Positions 28,813-39,094 of a stretch of DNA of 64,000 bases are shown here, in pieces. This DNA is from Alphaproteobacteria bacterium UBA1908 (GTDB lineage Bacteria; Pseudomonadota; Alphaproteobacteria; Caedimonadales; UBA1908), in contig DDGG01000003.1 in the NCBI GenBank assembly GCA_002337525.1, forward strand, positions 5,450 through 69,449. Direction: 5' to 3'. The notes below the pieces were generated by a model that searched no databases, had not been told where the DNA came from, and was given only the letters and a program-made list of their open reading frames with translations. The first letter of the stretch is position 1; each line of letters starts with the position of its first letter. The translations under genes were made by a program, and so were the position numbers.

Positions 28813-29766
28813 CTAGGACTTTAAGGTTTTGAAAAAAGTGTGATGGGTGGTTATCAAAGTATTGATAAGGGCAGAGGATTGAAAATTTCCCTGCATAAGG
28901 TTTTCTTCAAGAATGAAAAAATCCTCATAAAGACCAGGGAAAGAGTTCAGACTATTCCTGTTTAAAGCTTTTGTAAAAAAAGGTTCTTTATCAAAGAAAA
29001 GAGGGAAACGAAGAGCAAAAAGAGCTGTCCGAAGGGGGATTCCTGCCTTTAATTGCAATAAAAGATTATGGAGTTTTTGACAGGCTCCCAGAAAAACCCT
29101 TGAAAAGGGAATGAAGTCAGTATCTTGAAACGACAGGATTGAAAGTCGATTTTGAAAAATTTCAAAGGGGCTAAAAAAAGCATCAATAAGATCATGATAA
29201 GGAGTTGCTGATTCCCGAGGCATAAGCTGATGCAAAGTCTCTCTGGTGGGAAAGGCATCAAGGTAGGGTAATTTCTCAATAACCTCCAATAGTGCTGATG
29301 GATGCAATTGGAAATGACCTTCTAGAAAAGAGAGGGATGATTGGTCAAGCGTTATCTTTATAGCAGATAACAAGGCGGTCATTTCGTGAAAAGAAGTGTC
29401 GTAGCAGGCAATAAAAGCAATATTAGGATCCGAGGCATATTTTTGGAAAAAACTCGATTTTTGATTAAAACGTTTTGGCAAGAAAAAGTAAAAATCATTT
29501 TTTTCTTTTAAAAAGGCAATATCATCGGGCAATTGTTTGACTGTTTTTAAGAAAATATTGGAACAAGACACTTCAAAAAGAGATAAAGTTGTTTTTTCTT
29601 CGAGAGTTTCAAGAGATCTATACTGGAGTTTTTCAAAACGGGCGTTTAGAAAAAGGCGTATCATTGTTGATTTTAGTGTTACGAAATCTTCATGACCATA
29701 AAAAACATACGCTTGTGGTAATGTTTCGGATGTTTTCAGAAGAGGAACAACGTTTTTAAGCTTCAT
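28813..29766 (-). CDS. holA: DNA polymerase III subunit delta
   Basis: 317 aa. Called mainly from the conserved leuS-lptE-holA synteny, size and N-terminal pattern (AYVFYGHEDF). Confidence 0.7.
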   Translation of the reverse strand: MKLKNVVPLLKTSETLPQAYVFYGHEDFVTLKSTMIRLFLNARFEKLQYRSLETLEEKTTLSLFEVSCSNIFLKTVKQLPDDIAFLKEKNDFYFFLPKRFNQKSSFFQKYASDPNIAFIACYDTSFHEMTALLSAIKITLDQSSLSFLEGHFQLHPSALLEVIEKLPYLDAFPTRETLHQLMPRESATPYHDLIDAFFSPFEIFQNRLSILSFQDTDFIPFSRVFLGACQKLHNLLLQLKAGIPLRTALFALRFPLFFDKEPFFTKALNRNSLNSFPGLYEDFFILEENLMQGNFQSSALINTLITTHHTFFKTLKS

Positions 29767-30271
29767 CGTTACTGTTTGAAAGGGTGTCAGTCCCTAAAAA
29801 GCTTGCAACCGAGATATGAATGTCATGGGCAAGCTGGGCCAAAGCACGTTTAATAGCATCTTTTTCCGAAACAATGAGGGGAAGTGAGGCAAAAGATGAA
29901 CTTGATCCCACCGAATAGCCTGTCAGAACTGATGTTTTTTGGTTCAGGATGATCTTTTGAGTCTTTGTATCTGTTAAGGTATACTGTGCGATAAGTGTAA
30001 GGCGTGTGCGTCGTGACGTTTCATCTCGTCGAAAACCAAGCTCTCCTTTGGTTGTTTTTAATGAAACATTCAGACGATAGGAATCCTGGTTTTTCTTCGT
30101 ATCCGTTCTGAAAAAATGCTGTAACTTATTACGAAGAATCTGTCCTTCACGATCCTGAATTGGGGCCACAAATACAGAATTCTTGCTTGTTTGGGGTGAA
30201 TACAAAGGATGAAATCCGCACCCCTGAAGAACAAGAAACGTTGTAAGTATAAAGAATGCCTTAATTTGCAA
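29756..30271 (-). CDS. lptE: LPS-assembly lipoprotein LptE
   Basis: Lipoprotein signal with lipobox (TTFLVLQGC) and synteny after leuS. I prefer the TTG at 30271 ([18 protein letters not shown]). The track ATG at 30337 would overlap leuS by 77 nt. Confidence 0.7.
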   Translation of the reverse strand: MQIKAFFILTTFLVLQGCGFHPLYSPQTSKNSVFVAPIQDREGQILRNKLQHFFRTDTKKNQDSYRLNVSLKTTKGELGFRRDETSRRTRLTLIAQYTLTDTKTQKIILNQKTSVLTGYSVGSSSSFASLPLIVSEKDAIKRALAQLAHDIHISVASFLGTDTLSNSNDEA

Positions 30272-32831
30272 CAATGTTAATGACCTTTCCCGGAATAACG
30301 ATAACTTTTCGAACTGTTTTTCCTTGAATAAAATCAAGAACTTTTGAGTGTGATAAAGCCTTTTCTTTTAAGATCTCTTGATCTTCATCTTTGGAGGCAT
30401 CAAGAGTTGCTCTGACTTTACCATTGACCTGAAGCGCCAGGGTAACATGGCTCTCTTCACACAGAGCCGGGTCAAAGCTGGGCCATGCAGCTTGTGTTAT
30501 TAGCGTATCATGTCCCAGACGGTGCCAAAGCTCTTCTGCTAAATGAGGGACAACAGGATTCATCATCAGGATAAGCGATTCTGAAGCCTGAACAAGTGTT
30601 TTTTGTGAAAGGGGCGTTTTCCCCTCAAGTTTTGTAACAAGAACATTTGTAAGCTCTCTAAGGCGTGCGACATACTTGTTCAGGTTAAATGTTTCTAAAT
30701 CCTTTGTAATGTCACGTATTGTTTTATGGACACACTTTTGAAGTTCCAGGTCGTCCTTTGAAATACTTTCTGAATCCTTTGATAAAGAGGAAACCTGATC
30801 AATAATCTTTGATAAATTGCGCCAAACCCGGTTTAAATATTTCCAAACACCATGAATACCGCTATCTGTCCATTCCAGATCACGATCCGGTGGAGAATCA
30901 GAAATCATAAACAGACGAGTAGTATCAACACCGTAATCTTCAAGAATAGGGGGGATATCGACAACATTTTTCCTGGATTTGCTCATTTTTTCAGAGCGTC
31001 CTACAACAACTCGTGATCCATCAGAGGATGCTACAAAAGTACCTTCCTCTGTGCGTTCAACATCATTGGGTGAAAGCCATTCGCCTTTCGCTGACTTATA
31101 GGTTTCATGGCAGACCATGCCCTGGGTCATTAAGGCTTTGAAAGGCTCTTCATGTTTTGTAAGGCCAATTTTTTTAAGGGCTCTTGTAAAAAAGCGGGCA
31201 TAAAGCAAGTGAAGAATGGCATGCTCAATGCCGCCAATATATTGATCAACAGGCAGCCAGTGATCTATTTTTGCGGGGTCAACGGGGTCCTGATGTTTGG
31301 GAGACAGGAAACGGGCAAAATACCAGCTCGAGTTAAAGAAGGTATCCAGAGTGTCGGTTTCACGTAGTGCCGGTGCCTGACACTTGGGACAGCTGGTTTT
31401 TTGCCATTCCTTATCAGATTCAAGAGGATTGCCGGGTCGATCAAAAGAAACATTTTCCGGAAGCTGGATCGGTAAGTCTTTTTCTGGAACAGGAACAGGG
31501 CCACAGGTATCACAGTGGATAATAGGAATTGGACTTCCCCAATATCGTTGCCGGGAAATGCACCAATCTCTCAGGCGGTAAGAAATAGCAGTCTGCCCTG
31601 CGTCACAGTCTTGCAAAAGATCCAGGGCGGCTTTTTTCCCTTCTGCAACCGTAAGTCCGTCAAGAGAGCATGAATTATACAAGATGCCATCTTCAGTGAA
31701 GGCCTCTGACTCAATTTCAACAGAGTTTTTATCATGGGGGCGTACAACGGGTTTCACAGGTAAATTATATTTGCGTGCAAAATCAAGATCACGCTGGTCA
31801 TGAGCCGGTACCCCAAAAACAGCGCCAGTGCCATAATCCATCAAAACAAAATTTGCAATATAAACAGGCAGAGTACAGTCTGGATCTAAAGGATGTTGCA
31901 CAACAAGTCCTGTATCAATGCCCTTTTTTTCCATTTTTTCTAGAGTTTCTTCACTGGTGCCTGTTTGGCGGCACTCTTCCACAAAAGTCTTGATTTCGGG
32001 ATTTTGAGTGGCCAGTTGTTCTGTAAAGGGATGGTCCGGGGACAATGCTAAAAAGCAGGCCCCATAAAGTGTATCCTGGCGTGTTGTGAAAATTTTAAGT
32101 GTTTCAGTGTGGCCCTGAATTTTGAAGTGTATATGTGCCCCAACAGATTTACCAATCCAGTTACGTTGCATGGTGACAACTTTATCAGGCCAGTCCTTCA
32201 GATTTTCGAGTCCTTGAAGCAATTCTTCAGCAGCGTCTGTAATTTTAAAATACCATTGAGAAAGCTTACGTTTTTCAACCAAGGCTCCTGAACGCCATCC
32301 GCGGCCATCAATAACTTGCTCGTTCGACAGAACGGTGAGGTCGACAGGATCCCAATTGATAAAGCCTTCCTTACGGTAAATAAGTCCTGCTTCCAGAAAG
32401 GCCAGAAATAACTTTTGTTCCTGGCCATAATAATCAGGAGTACAAGTCGCTAGCTCACGGCTCCAGTCATAGGAGAATCCAAGGGATTTTAATTCATCCC
32501 GCATTGCGTTAATATTATCAAATGTCCAGCTGGCAGGGTTGACCTTATTTTTTATAGCGGCATTTTCTGCGGGAGACCCAAAAGCATCCCAGCCCATGGG
32601 ATGAAGGACTTCAAAACCTTGTGCACGCTTGAATCTGGCGACAACATCTCCAATCGTGTAATTACGGACGTGTCCCATATGTAAATGACCTGAAGGATAA
32701 GGAAACATTTCCAGAACATAATATTTTTCTTTTGTGCTTTTATCGTCAGTATCAAAAGATTTTTTTTCTTGCCAAATTTTCTGCCATTTTTGTTCGATGG
32801 CTTGAAAGTTATATCGGTTTTCCTGGGTCAT
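30261..32831 (-). CDS. leuS: Leucine--tRNA ligase
   Basis: 856 aa. HIGH motif ([11 protein letters not shown]), KMSKS motif (EKMSKSRKN), CP1 editing domain. Confidence 0.97.
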   Translation of the reverse strand: MTQENRYNFQAIEQKWQKIWQEKKSFDTDDKSTKEKYYVLEMFPYPSGHLHMGHVRNYTIGDVVARFKRAQGFEVLHPMGWDAFGSPAENAAIKNKVNPASWTFDNINAMRDELKSLGFSYDWSRELATCTPDYYGQEQKLFLAFLEAGLIYRKEGFINWDPVDLTVLSNEQVIDGRGWRSGALVEKRKLSQWYFKITDAAEELLQGLENLKDWPDKVVTMQRNWIGKSVGAHIHFKIQGHTETLKIFTTRQDTLYGACFLALSPDHPFTEQLATQNPEIKTFVEECRQTGTSEETLEKMEKKGIDTGLVVQHPLDPDCTLPVYIANFVLMDYGTGAVFGVPAHDQRDLDFARKYNLPVKPVVRPHDKNSVEIESEAFTEDGILYNSCSLDGLTVAEGKKAALDLLQDCDAGQTAISYRLRDWCISRQRYWGSPIPIIHCDTCGPVPVPEKDLPIQLPENVSFDRPGNPLESDKEWQKTSCPKCQAPALRETDTLDTFFNSSWYFARFLSPKHQDPVDPAKIDHWLPVDQYIGGIEHAILHLLYARFFTRALKKIGLTKHEEPFKALMTQGMVCHETYKSAKGEWLSPNDVERTEEGTFVASSDGSRVVVGRSEKMSKSRKNVVDIPPILEDYGVDTTRLFMISDSPPDRDLEWTDSGIHGVWKYLNRVWRNLSKIIDQVSSLSKDSESISKDDLELQKCVHKTIRDITKDLETFNLNKYVARLRELTNVLVTKLEGKTPLSQKTLVQASESLILMMNPVVPHLAEELWHRLGHDTLITQAAWPSFDPALCEESHVTLALQVNGKVRATLDASKDEDQEILKEKALSHSKVLDFIQGKTVRKVIVIPGKVINIVAN

Positions 32832-32863
32832 TTTTTTTCCAAAGTCTTGTTATCAGTTATTCT

Positions 32864-33373
32864 TTATCGACCATCTCTGATTTTCAGCTGGCGTGCGCGT
32901 GTCAAGATTGCATTTTCAAGACGCAAAACTGTTTCGGGATTAACCGCGGCATTCTGCCACTTTCCTCTCTCTATTTTCTGACGAAAAACAGATATTTTCA
33001 ACCCGTCTGCCCGTAAAACACGATCTAAAATCCTGATATCAACTTTTAGACGCTCTCCAGGGGTATGAGAGGGAGTATGCCATTCAGTTAAAATGACGCC
33101 ACCAAAAGGGTCAACGGTCCTTAACGGCATAAAAGAGAGGGTATCAAGGGTCGCTCTCCACAAATAGCTGTTGACACCAATTCCCGTTGCGTTGGCGGTA
33201 TCCTTTCGTGTGTCCCCAAACAGCAAGGCACTTTCTCCAAACAGCTTTCCAACTTCCCTGTCTCTTTTTTCACGGCGTGTCAGAATATCGTCTTCATCTT
33301 GGGTTGGTTCCTGATGAGCACACCCACTAGCAAAAAGAAACCCTAGAAGCAGGCAGAAAAGTCTGTTGTTCAT
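32864..33373 (-). CDS. DUF3576-type lipoprotein
   Basis: Start at the ATG at 33373 (AAGGA SD). Lipobox LFASGC. Conserved alphaproteobacterial position next to leuS. Confidence 0.65.
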   Translation of the reverse strand: MNNRLFCLLLGFLFASGCAHQEPTQDEDDILTRREKRDREVGKLFGESALLFGDTRKDTANATGIGVNSYLWRATLDTLSFMPLRTVDPFGGVILTEWHTPSHTPGERLKVDIRILDRVLRADGLKISVFRQKIERGKWQNAAVNPETVLRLENAILTRARQLKIRDGR

Positions 33374-33529
33374 TCGTCTATCCTTATGGTCATAATCAGA
33401 ACTCATGAGAATCTTTTATTTCCCATGATTCTTCCTTTTAAACTCATACACTTTTTTTAAGTTATTGTGAAAAGATTTGTTGTGAAATTGAATAAAAGTC
33501 TGGTGTTTGGAAGAAATTTTTCTTCAATG

Positions 33530-33566
33530 AAAAAGCCCCTTCCTTATGATCTTAAAAGGAAGGGGC
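33530..33566 (-). terminator. Rho-independent terminator of the porin gene
   Basis: Perfect 11-bp stem GCCCCTTCCTT/AAGGAAGGGGC with a 10-nt loop, followed on the minus strand by TTTTT. Confidence 0.85.
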
Positions 33567-33592
33567 CCTGGTATCTGGATTAAAATATAAGT

Positions 33593-34912
33593 CTAGAAAC
33601 GGACTTTGGTTCCTAACATAAAGACATGACCGTGATTGTTACCCACACCTTCTGAAATACTGGAAGCACCAGTTGCGCCAGAAGTTCGGGCTTTTTCTTG
33701 AGCCTGTACCCAGCGATCATCTGTTTTAAAGTCAAAATAGTTGGCTTCGGCAAAAACACTCAAGCCCTTTGCCAGCTTATGGTCATAGGTTAAAGAAATG
33801 ACCTTGGCCTTGGCCTTTGGGTTATCCGCTGCAACAATATCTGTTTGGCCAAAATGCTCGATGCGTGTTCCCAATTTACGCTCGCTGAATTGGTACCCAA
33901 GAGCAATTTTGTTCGCTCCAAACGTGTACCCGGCAGCTACCGTATACATTTGACCGGCGTCACGATCTTTAATGGCTTTCAGGACCTGGCTTTCTCCATT
34001 ATCAATGAATTCAAACCCGGCTTCAAAATTACCATAAGTAAGTAACAACCCAAGGGCATAGGACAGACTATTTGAACGCTCTCCACTATAGAGTGTCTCT
34101 GAAAAACGTCGACCTTCGCTATTAACAGGGCTTGTTCCCCGGCGTCTTATAGGCTGGGATTGACCTGTCAAGACGGTTAAAGAGGTTTTTACACCAAGCC
34201 CTTGAAGATCTGTTTTATAATTAACCCCTAATTCAACATTATTTTTGTCATAGGGATTAATCCCGCTGCTTCGGCTTGAGATGGTGCGGAGTTTTGCTTC
34301 ACCTTGTTGTTCACCGTGAGGCGTAAAGCTGACACCTGCCTGAAGACCATAATAGCGGGGCAAAACAAAAGTCACTTTGTTTGAATCTTTCTGGATACCA
34401 ACCATATCCGTTGAACGGTTGACACCTGTTGAAACATTCACAACATTTTTATAGTTGCCATCAAAGCCACCTGTGGAGCCCATCACAGAAAATGCACCTG
34501 TCGCCATACGATCAGCAACACCTCGATGTCCTCCAACGATCAAGCGCCCATGGCCATTGCGTAACATAATCCAGTTTTCTTCAACAGACGTTTTGCCGGC
34601 TTCTGTGTTACCTGTAATGCCTATAAATCCTGTATATTCAAGACCTCCCAGAACATCAGCTCTCCCTGAAAATCGGAAATTAAGGCGAGAATCTTCAACA
34701 CTGATATGAGATCCTTGTCCTTTACCATTGTTGGCTTCTTTTTTACCCTGATTAAACGAGTAAAATAAGACGTTTGTTTCGCCACTGATTTCAAGGCTTG
34801 GTCCCCTGGAAGTTTCGGTGCTGTTTTTTGAAACGTCTGATTGTGCTGGAGAGAGAGCTGAAAAAGCTATCAGAAGAGCAAAAGTGCTTGCACTTGCATA
34901 AAAATTTTTCAT
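33593..34912 (-). CDS. Outer-membrane porin (beta-barrel)
   Basis: 439 aa. Signal peptide, alternating amphipathic beta-strand pattern, C-terminal ...GTKVRF with a terminal Phe. Confidence 0.8.
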   Translation of the reverse strand: MKNFYASASTFALLIAFSALSPAQSDVSKNSTETSRGPSLEISGETNVLFYSFNQGKKEANNGKGQGSHISVEDSRLNFRFSGRADVLGGLEYTGFIGITGNTEAGKTSVEENWIMLRNGHGRLIVGGHRGVADRMATGAFSVMGSTGGFDGNYKNVVNVSTGVNRSTDMVGIQKDSNKVTFVLPRYYGLQAGVSFTPHGEQQGEAKLRTISSRSSGINPYDKNNVELGVNYKTDLQGLGVKTSLTVLTGQSQPIRRRGTSPVNSEGRRFSETLYSGERSNSLSYALGLLLTYGNFEAGFEFIDNGESQVLKAIKDRDAGQMYTVAAGYTFGANKIALGYQFSERKLGTRIEHFGQTDIVAADNPKAKAKVISLTYDHKLAKGLSVFAEANYFDFKTDDRWVQAQEKARTSGATGASSISEGVGNNHGHVFMLGTKVRF

Positions 34913-35244
34913 TTTGTCATCCTTTTTTGAGAAACTCGATTCAAAGTCATATTCTTAAATTGAGGAAAATATGAATTCCCGCTAACCGTTATGGCTAGTT
35001 ACTAACTTTTTAATTCGGAATTATTAATCTTAAAATCTATTCATACAATCAATAAATTTATTTTCAATTTTATTGATAAGAGAATGCCCCTAAATCTTTA
35101 AAGTGTGACATTCGGGAAACACGACTATATTTATTCTTGATAGATTTTATGTTGAGAAAGTCTTTTATTTTTTCTGTCCTTTTCTCCCGTAAAGGATTTA
35201 CGGTATAAGATACAGAATAATGAGTCTGAAATTTTGGTTGTAAT

Positions 35245-35964
35245 ATGAAAAAACCGTATATTGGTGTTAATCTTGACCATGAACCTGCCGGGGGTTATTC
35301 AGATTTCCCCTGGTATGCTCTTCGTCAAAATTATTTTGATGCCATCGAACATGCCGGGGGAATTCCTGTTGGCCTTACCTACCAATTTGATCTTATAGAA
35401 AGTTATCTGGATTTGATTCAGGGTCTTTTAGTGCCGGGGGGATTCTTTGATATTCACCCTTCTCAATTCGGAGAAGACGAGGTTCATGAGACTGTTGTAA
35501 CAAAAGATCGTCGTACACGTTTTGATTTGGGTATGACGAAAGGCGCTCTTGAAAGAGACATTCCCTTTCTTGGTATTTGTGCGGGGGAGCAACTTTTAAA
35601 TGTGGTGCGGGGTGGGAGTCTTATTCAACATATTCCTGATACAATTCCTGATGCATTGGAACATGAACAAAAAACGCCCAGAGATCAGCCAACACATTCT
35701 ATTGAAATCGTTCCAGGCACCCTGCTTCATGAGATAGCTGGCAGCACACAGGCAATGGTTAATAGCACACATCATCAGGCTGTTCGACACGCAGGAGAGA
35801 ATCTTGTTATTAATGCCCGGGCACCGGATGGAGTGATTGAAGGTATTGAAGACCCTTCCCTGCGTTTCTGTCTGGGAGTTGAGTGGCATCCTGAATATGA
35901 ATCTACAGATCTTGATCGTCGCATTTTTAAACGATTTATTCAGGAAGCCTCTACGTGTCGATAG
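35245..35964 (+). CDS. Class I glutamine amidotransferase-like gamma-glutamyl hydrolase (peptidase C26, PuuD-like)
   Basis: 239 aa. Nucleophile elbow GICAGEQLLN and a distal HHQAV / EWHPE His-Glu region. Confidence 0.8.
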   Translation: MKKPYIGVNLDHEPAGGYSDFPWYALRQNYFDAIEHAGGIPVGLTYQFDLIESYLDLIQGLLVPGGFFDIHPSQFGEDEVHETVVTKDRRTRFDLGMTKGALERDIPFLGICAGEQLLNVVRGGSLIQHIPDTIPDALEHEQKTPRDQPTHSIEIVPGTLLHEIAGSTQAMVNSTHHQAVRHAGENLVINARAPDGVIEGIEDPSLRFCLGVEWHPEYESTDLDRRIFKRFIQEASTCR

Positions 35965-36716
35965 CACCTTTAAAAGAACGTATTGCAAAAGTAATGGCCC
36001 GGTCAGGACTATGCTCCAGGCGAGAAGCAGAGAAATGGATCCTGGAGGGACGTGTCCATTTAAATGGAATTCTTCTGGAGTCACCTGCTGTTACAGTTGG
36101 GTTAGAAGATAATATTTGTGTCGATGGCAGACCTCTTGCTAAAAAGGAAGGTGCAAAGCTTTGGGCTTATCATAAACCTGCCGGGCTTTTAACAACCCAC
36201 CATGATCCAGAGGGTCGTCCAACATTGTTTGAAACGTTACCGCCGGAATTAGGTCGAGTTATTTCTGTGGGACGTCTTGATCAGAATTCAGAAGGGCTAT
36301 TGCTGCTTACAAATGATGGAGACCTTGCTCGTTTTCTGGAGTTGCCGCGAAACAGACTTGCGCGTGTTTATAAGGTTCGGGTTTACGGTAAAGTGGCCCC
36401 GGTAAAACTTTTATCCCTAAAAAATGGTATTGAGGTGGATGGTATGCACTATGGGCCTGTTCAGGCAGAATTGCTTTCCCAAAAAACAACCAATGCCTGG
36501 GTTTCTGTCAAAATTCGAGAAGGAAAGAATCGTGAGGTTCGCAAAATTATGGCGCATCTCGGATACCCTGTTAACAGGTTGATTCGTACACGATATGGTC
36601 CTTTTACTTTGGAAAACCTGCTGCCAGGTGAAATTGAGCCTTTGTCTCTTGAGACTTTGGGGAATCTTGGATTATTACCCCCAAAACTGTCCTTAAAAAA
36701 TCAGAATGAAATATGA
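35955..36716 (+). CDS. Pseudouridine synthase, RsuA/RluB family, with an S4 domain
   Basis: 253 aa with a GTG start. N-terminal S4 domain (RIAKVMARSGLCSRREAEKWI) and catalytic GRLDQNSEGLLLLTNDG. Confidence 0.88.
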   Translation: MSIAPLKERIAKVMARSGLCSRREAEKWILEGRVHLNGILLESPAVTVGLEDNICVDGRPLAKKEGAKLWAYHKPAGLLTTHHDPEGRPTLFETLPPELGRVISVGRLDQNSEGLLLLTNDGDLARFLELPRNRLARVYKVRVYGKVAPVKLLSLKNGIEVDGMHYGPVQAELLSQKTTNAWVSVKIREGKNREVRKIMAHLGYPVNRLIRTRYGPFTLENLLPGEIEPLSLETLGNLGLLPPKLSLKNQNEI

Positions 36717-37453
36717 TAGGAAAAAGATTCATGACATCCTCAACAGTTGATGAAGAAAATTTACGGGAATTCACAAGTCGTGCTGATCAATGGTGGGATC
36801 TTGAGGGAGCTTTTAAACCATTGCATGACCTCAATCCAGTCCGTATAGACTTTATCCTTTCAGAGATTTCAAAGGCTTTTAATCTGGAGAGTAAGGCTTT
36901 CGAGACCCTTTCGATTCTGGATGTTGGGTGTGGAGGGGGTCTTGTAACAGAGCCTCTTGCGCGTACAGGGGCTGTTATTACGGGCCTGGATGCGGGAGTT
37001 GAAAACATTACTGTGGCAGAATCTCATGCTAGAGAAGAGGGCCTTGATATACAGTATGTCTGCTCTCCTCTTGAGTCCTTTTTCCCCGACAAACTATTTG
37101 ATGTTGTTATTGCCCTGGAAATTGTAGAGCATGTAAGCTGTGTCGATACTTTCATCACAAACTGTTTTCGCGTTTTAAAGCCTAACGGTATAGTGATTTT
37201 CAGTACCCTTAACCGCACAGCAAAATCTTTTGTGCTTGGCATTGTTGCTGCCGAATATATCCTGAGATGGGTCCCTCGTGGGACGCATTCCTGGGAACAA
37301 TTCTTAAAGCCTTCAGAATTAGCACGTTCAGCACGTTATGCCGGTGGAACTCCTAAAACATTAAAGGGAATGGCATACCATCCCTTCTTGAAACGATGGT
37401 CTTTATCAGACAATTGTGAGGTGAATTACTTTTTTGTCACACAGAAAAAATAA
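36713..37453 (+). CDS. ubiG: Ubiquinone biosynthesis O-methyltransferase
   Basis: 246 aa. WWDLEGAFKPLHDLNPVRIDFI and ILDVGCGGGLVTEPLAR are typical of UbiG. Confidence 0.9.
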   Translation: MIGKRFMTSSTVDEENLREFTSRADQWWDLEGAFKPLHDLNPVRIDFILSEISKAFNLESKAFETLSILDVGCGGGLVTEPLARTGAVITGLDAGVENITVAESHAREEGLDIQYVCSPLESFFPDKLFDVVIALEIVEHVSCVDTFITNCFRVLKPNGIVIFSTLNRTAKSFVLGIVAAEYILRWVPRGTHSWEQFLKPSELARSARYAGGTPKTLKGMAYHPFLKRWSLSDNCEVNYFFVTQKK

Positions 37454-37560
37454 CTTTTATTTTTGATCTGTCGTAATACCGAAGGTGAAACTGTCATCGT
37501 GACAAGATATGACTATTTCCTCGTCGTCGTGAGGAGACCGCAGGTCGACGTGACGACCCA

Positions 37561-37583
37561 GTCCTTGAAAGGCAGGGACTTTT
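37561..37583 (+). terminator. Weak rho-independent terminator after ubiG
   Basis: GTCCTTG-aaagg-CAGGGAC (one G-T pair) followed by TTTT. Confidence 0.45.
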
Positions 37584-37618
37584 CACAGAAGTATTCTGGA
37601 TTCTTCTCTCGTTTTGCT

Positions 37619-37655
37619 CCTTCTGAATGACGCGATGGGGACGTCATTCAGAAGG
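37619..37655. repeat. Perfect 14-bp inverted repeat spanning the metQ stop codon
   Basis: CCTTCTGAATGACG-cgatgggga-CGTCATTCAGAAGG. The metQ stop (37644-37646) lies inside one arm. Confidence 0.8.
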
Positions 37656-38453
37656 CGGTGTTTTAACTTCCCATGCTGCAAGGACGGCTCCTTTAAATCT
37701 TTTCTCAATAAAAGTCTTTGTAGGCTCAGATTGATAGAGTTTTTTAAAAGTTTTGAGAGCTTTCCTGTTCTTGTCTTTTGTTCGAACAACAATGATATTG
37801 GTATAAGGAGAGTCTTTATTTTCCCTGGCAAGGGCCGTTGAGGGATCCAGACCTGCAACAAGAACCCAGTCTGTATTAATGACAGCAATATCGACATCTT
37901 CTAAAGATCTTGGAAGTTGAGGGGCTTCAACCTCAACGATCTTAAGATGTTTTGGATTTTCAATGATGTCGGTTACCATTGCCTCTGATCCCACGCCTTC
38001 TTTAAGTTTCAGGATGCCAAGGTCTTGTAGAACAAGCAAAGCCCGGCCCCCATTGGTGGGATCGTTAGGAATTGCAACCTTTCCTGTCCTTGGAACATCG
38101 TCAAGGGACTTGTATTTGAGGGAATAAACCCCCATTGGTAATAAAATGGTTTTCCCAAAATCCGTAAAGTCAAAACCACGAGTGGCTTTTTGGCTCTCGA
38201 GAAAAGGCCTGTGTTGATAAATATTAAGATCAATCTCACCTTCTGCAAGAGCAATGTTAGGCAAAATAAAATCATTAAATTCAATAAATTCCAGTTCTAG
38301 ATCTTTCTTTGAGGCTCTCTCTTTAAGATCTTGAAGAATGTCGATATGAGGCCCAGCTGTTACACCAATTTTGAGTTTATCGGCAGCATTAAGATGAAAG
38401 GGGCTTCCCGTGATGAATAAAAATCCCAAAAGTATTTTATAAATTATTTTCAT
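37644..38453 (-). CDS. metQ: Methionine ABC transporter substrate-binding lipoprotein
   Basis: 269 aa, NlpA/MetQ family, last gene of the metNIQ order. Confidence 0.88.
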   Translation of the reverse strand: MKIIYKILLGFLFITGSPFHLNAADKLKIGVTAGPHIDILQDLKERASKKDLELEFIEFNDFILPNIALAEGEIDLNIYQHRPFLESQKATRGFDFTDFGKTILLPMGVYSLKYKSLDDVPRTGKVAIPNDPTNGGRALLVLQDLGILKLKEGVGSEAMVTDIIENPKHLKIVEVEAPQLPRSLEDVDIAVINTDWVLVAGLDPSTALARENKDSPYTNIIVVRTKDKNRKALKTFKKLYQSEPTKTFIEKRFKGAVLAAWEVKTPPSE

Positions 38454-38455
38454 TT

Positions 38456-39094
38456 CTATTTCTCCAGTCTTCGTGCGAGCCAGTCTCCCGACATTTGTAT
38501 GCCTTGTACCATGGTAATCAGGATTAAAACAATCTGGAAAACAACATCGGTTTGATAGCGTTGATACCCGTAACGAATAGCAAGATCTCCAAGGCCTCCA
38601 CCACCAACAGCACCTGCCATTGCCGAAAAGCCAATTAAACTAATGATAACAAGAGTCATTCCTCCAATGAGTGAGGGAAGGCATTCGGGTAAAAGGACTT
38701 TAAGGATAATTTGAAGACGACTGGCCCCCATTGACAAGGCCGCTTCAATAAGGCCTTTAGGGACAGTTTTTAAGGACTCTTCTCCCACACGTGCAATCAA
38801 CATAATGGCTGCAATACTTAAAGGAACACAGGCTGCTGTGGTTCCAATACTGGATCCGGAGATTAACCTGGTGAGTGGAATCAATGCGATAATAAGAATA
38901 ATATAGGGGACCGACCGTACGGCATTCACAATAAAGCCAGCAATTTTATTGAAAACAGGGTTTTCATAAAGCCCTTTATTGTCGCTTGAAAAAAGGAGAA
39001 CAGCAAGGGGAAGGCCTATCAAAAGTCCCACAACTGTTGAAACGATAATCATGACTAGTGTTTGAAAAGTGGCCTCAATAAGAAGTGTTATCAT
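38456..39094 (-). CDS. metI: Methionine ABC transporter permease
   Basis: 212 aa with five TMs and the EAA-like motif (EAALSMGASRLQI). Confidence 0.9.
   Translation of the reverse strand: MITLLIEATFQTLVMIIVSTVVGLLIGLPLAVLLFSSDNKGLYENPVFNKIAGFIVNAVRSVPYIILIIALIPLTRLISGSSIGTTAACVPLSIAAIMLIARVGEESLKTVPKGLIEAALSMGASRLQIILKVLLPECLPSLIGGMTLVIISLIGFSAMAGAVGGGGLGDLAIRYGYQRYQTDVVFQIVLILITMVQGIQMSGDWLARRLEK

Noticed and set aside
35596-36112. A 162-aa minus-strand ORF and a 91-aa plus-strand ORF overlapping the amidotransferase/pseudouridine synthase junction.
   Set aside because: They are antisense to or out of frame with two genes carrying clear family motifs. No motifs of their own.
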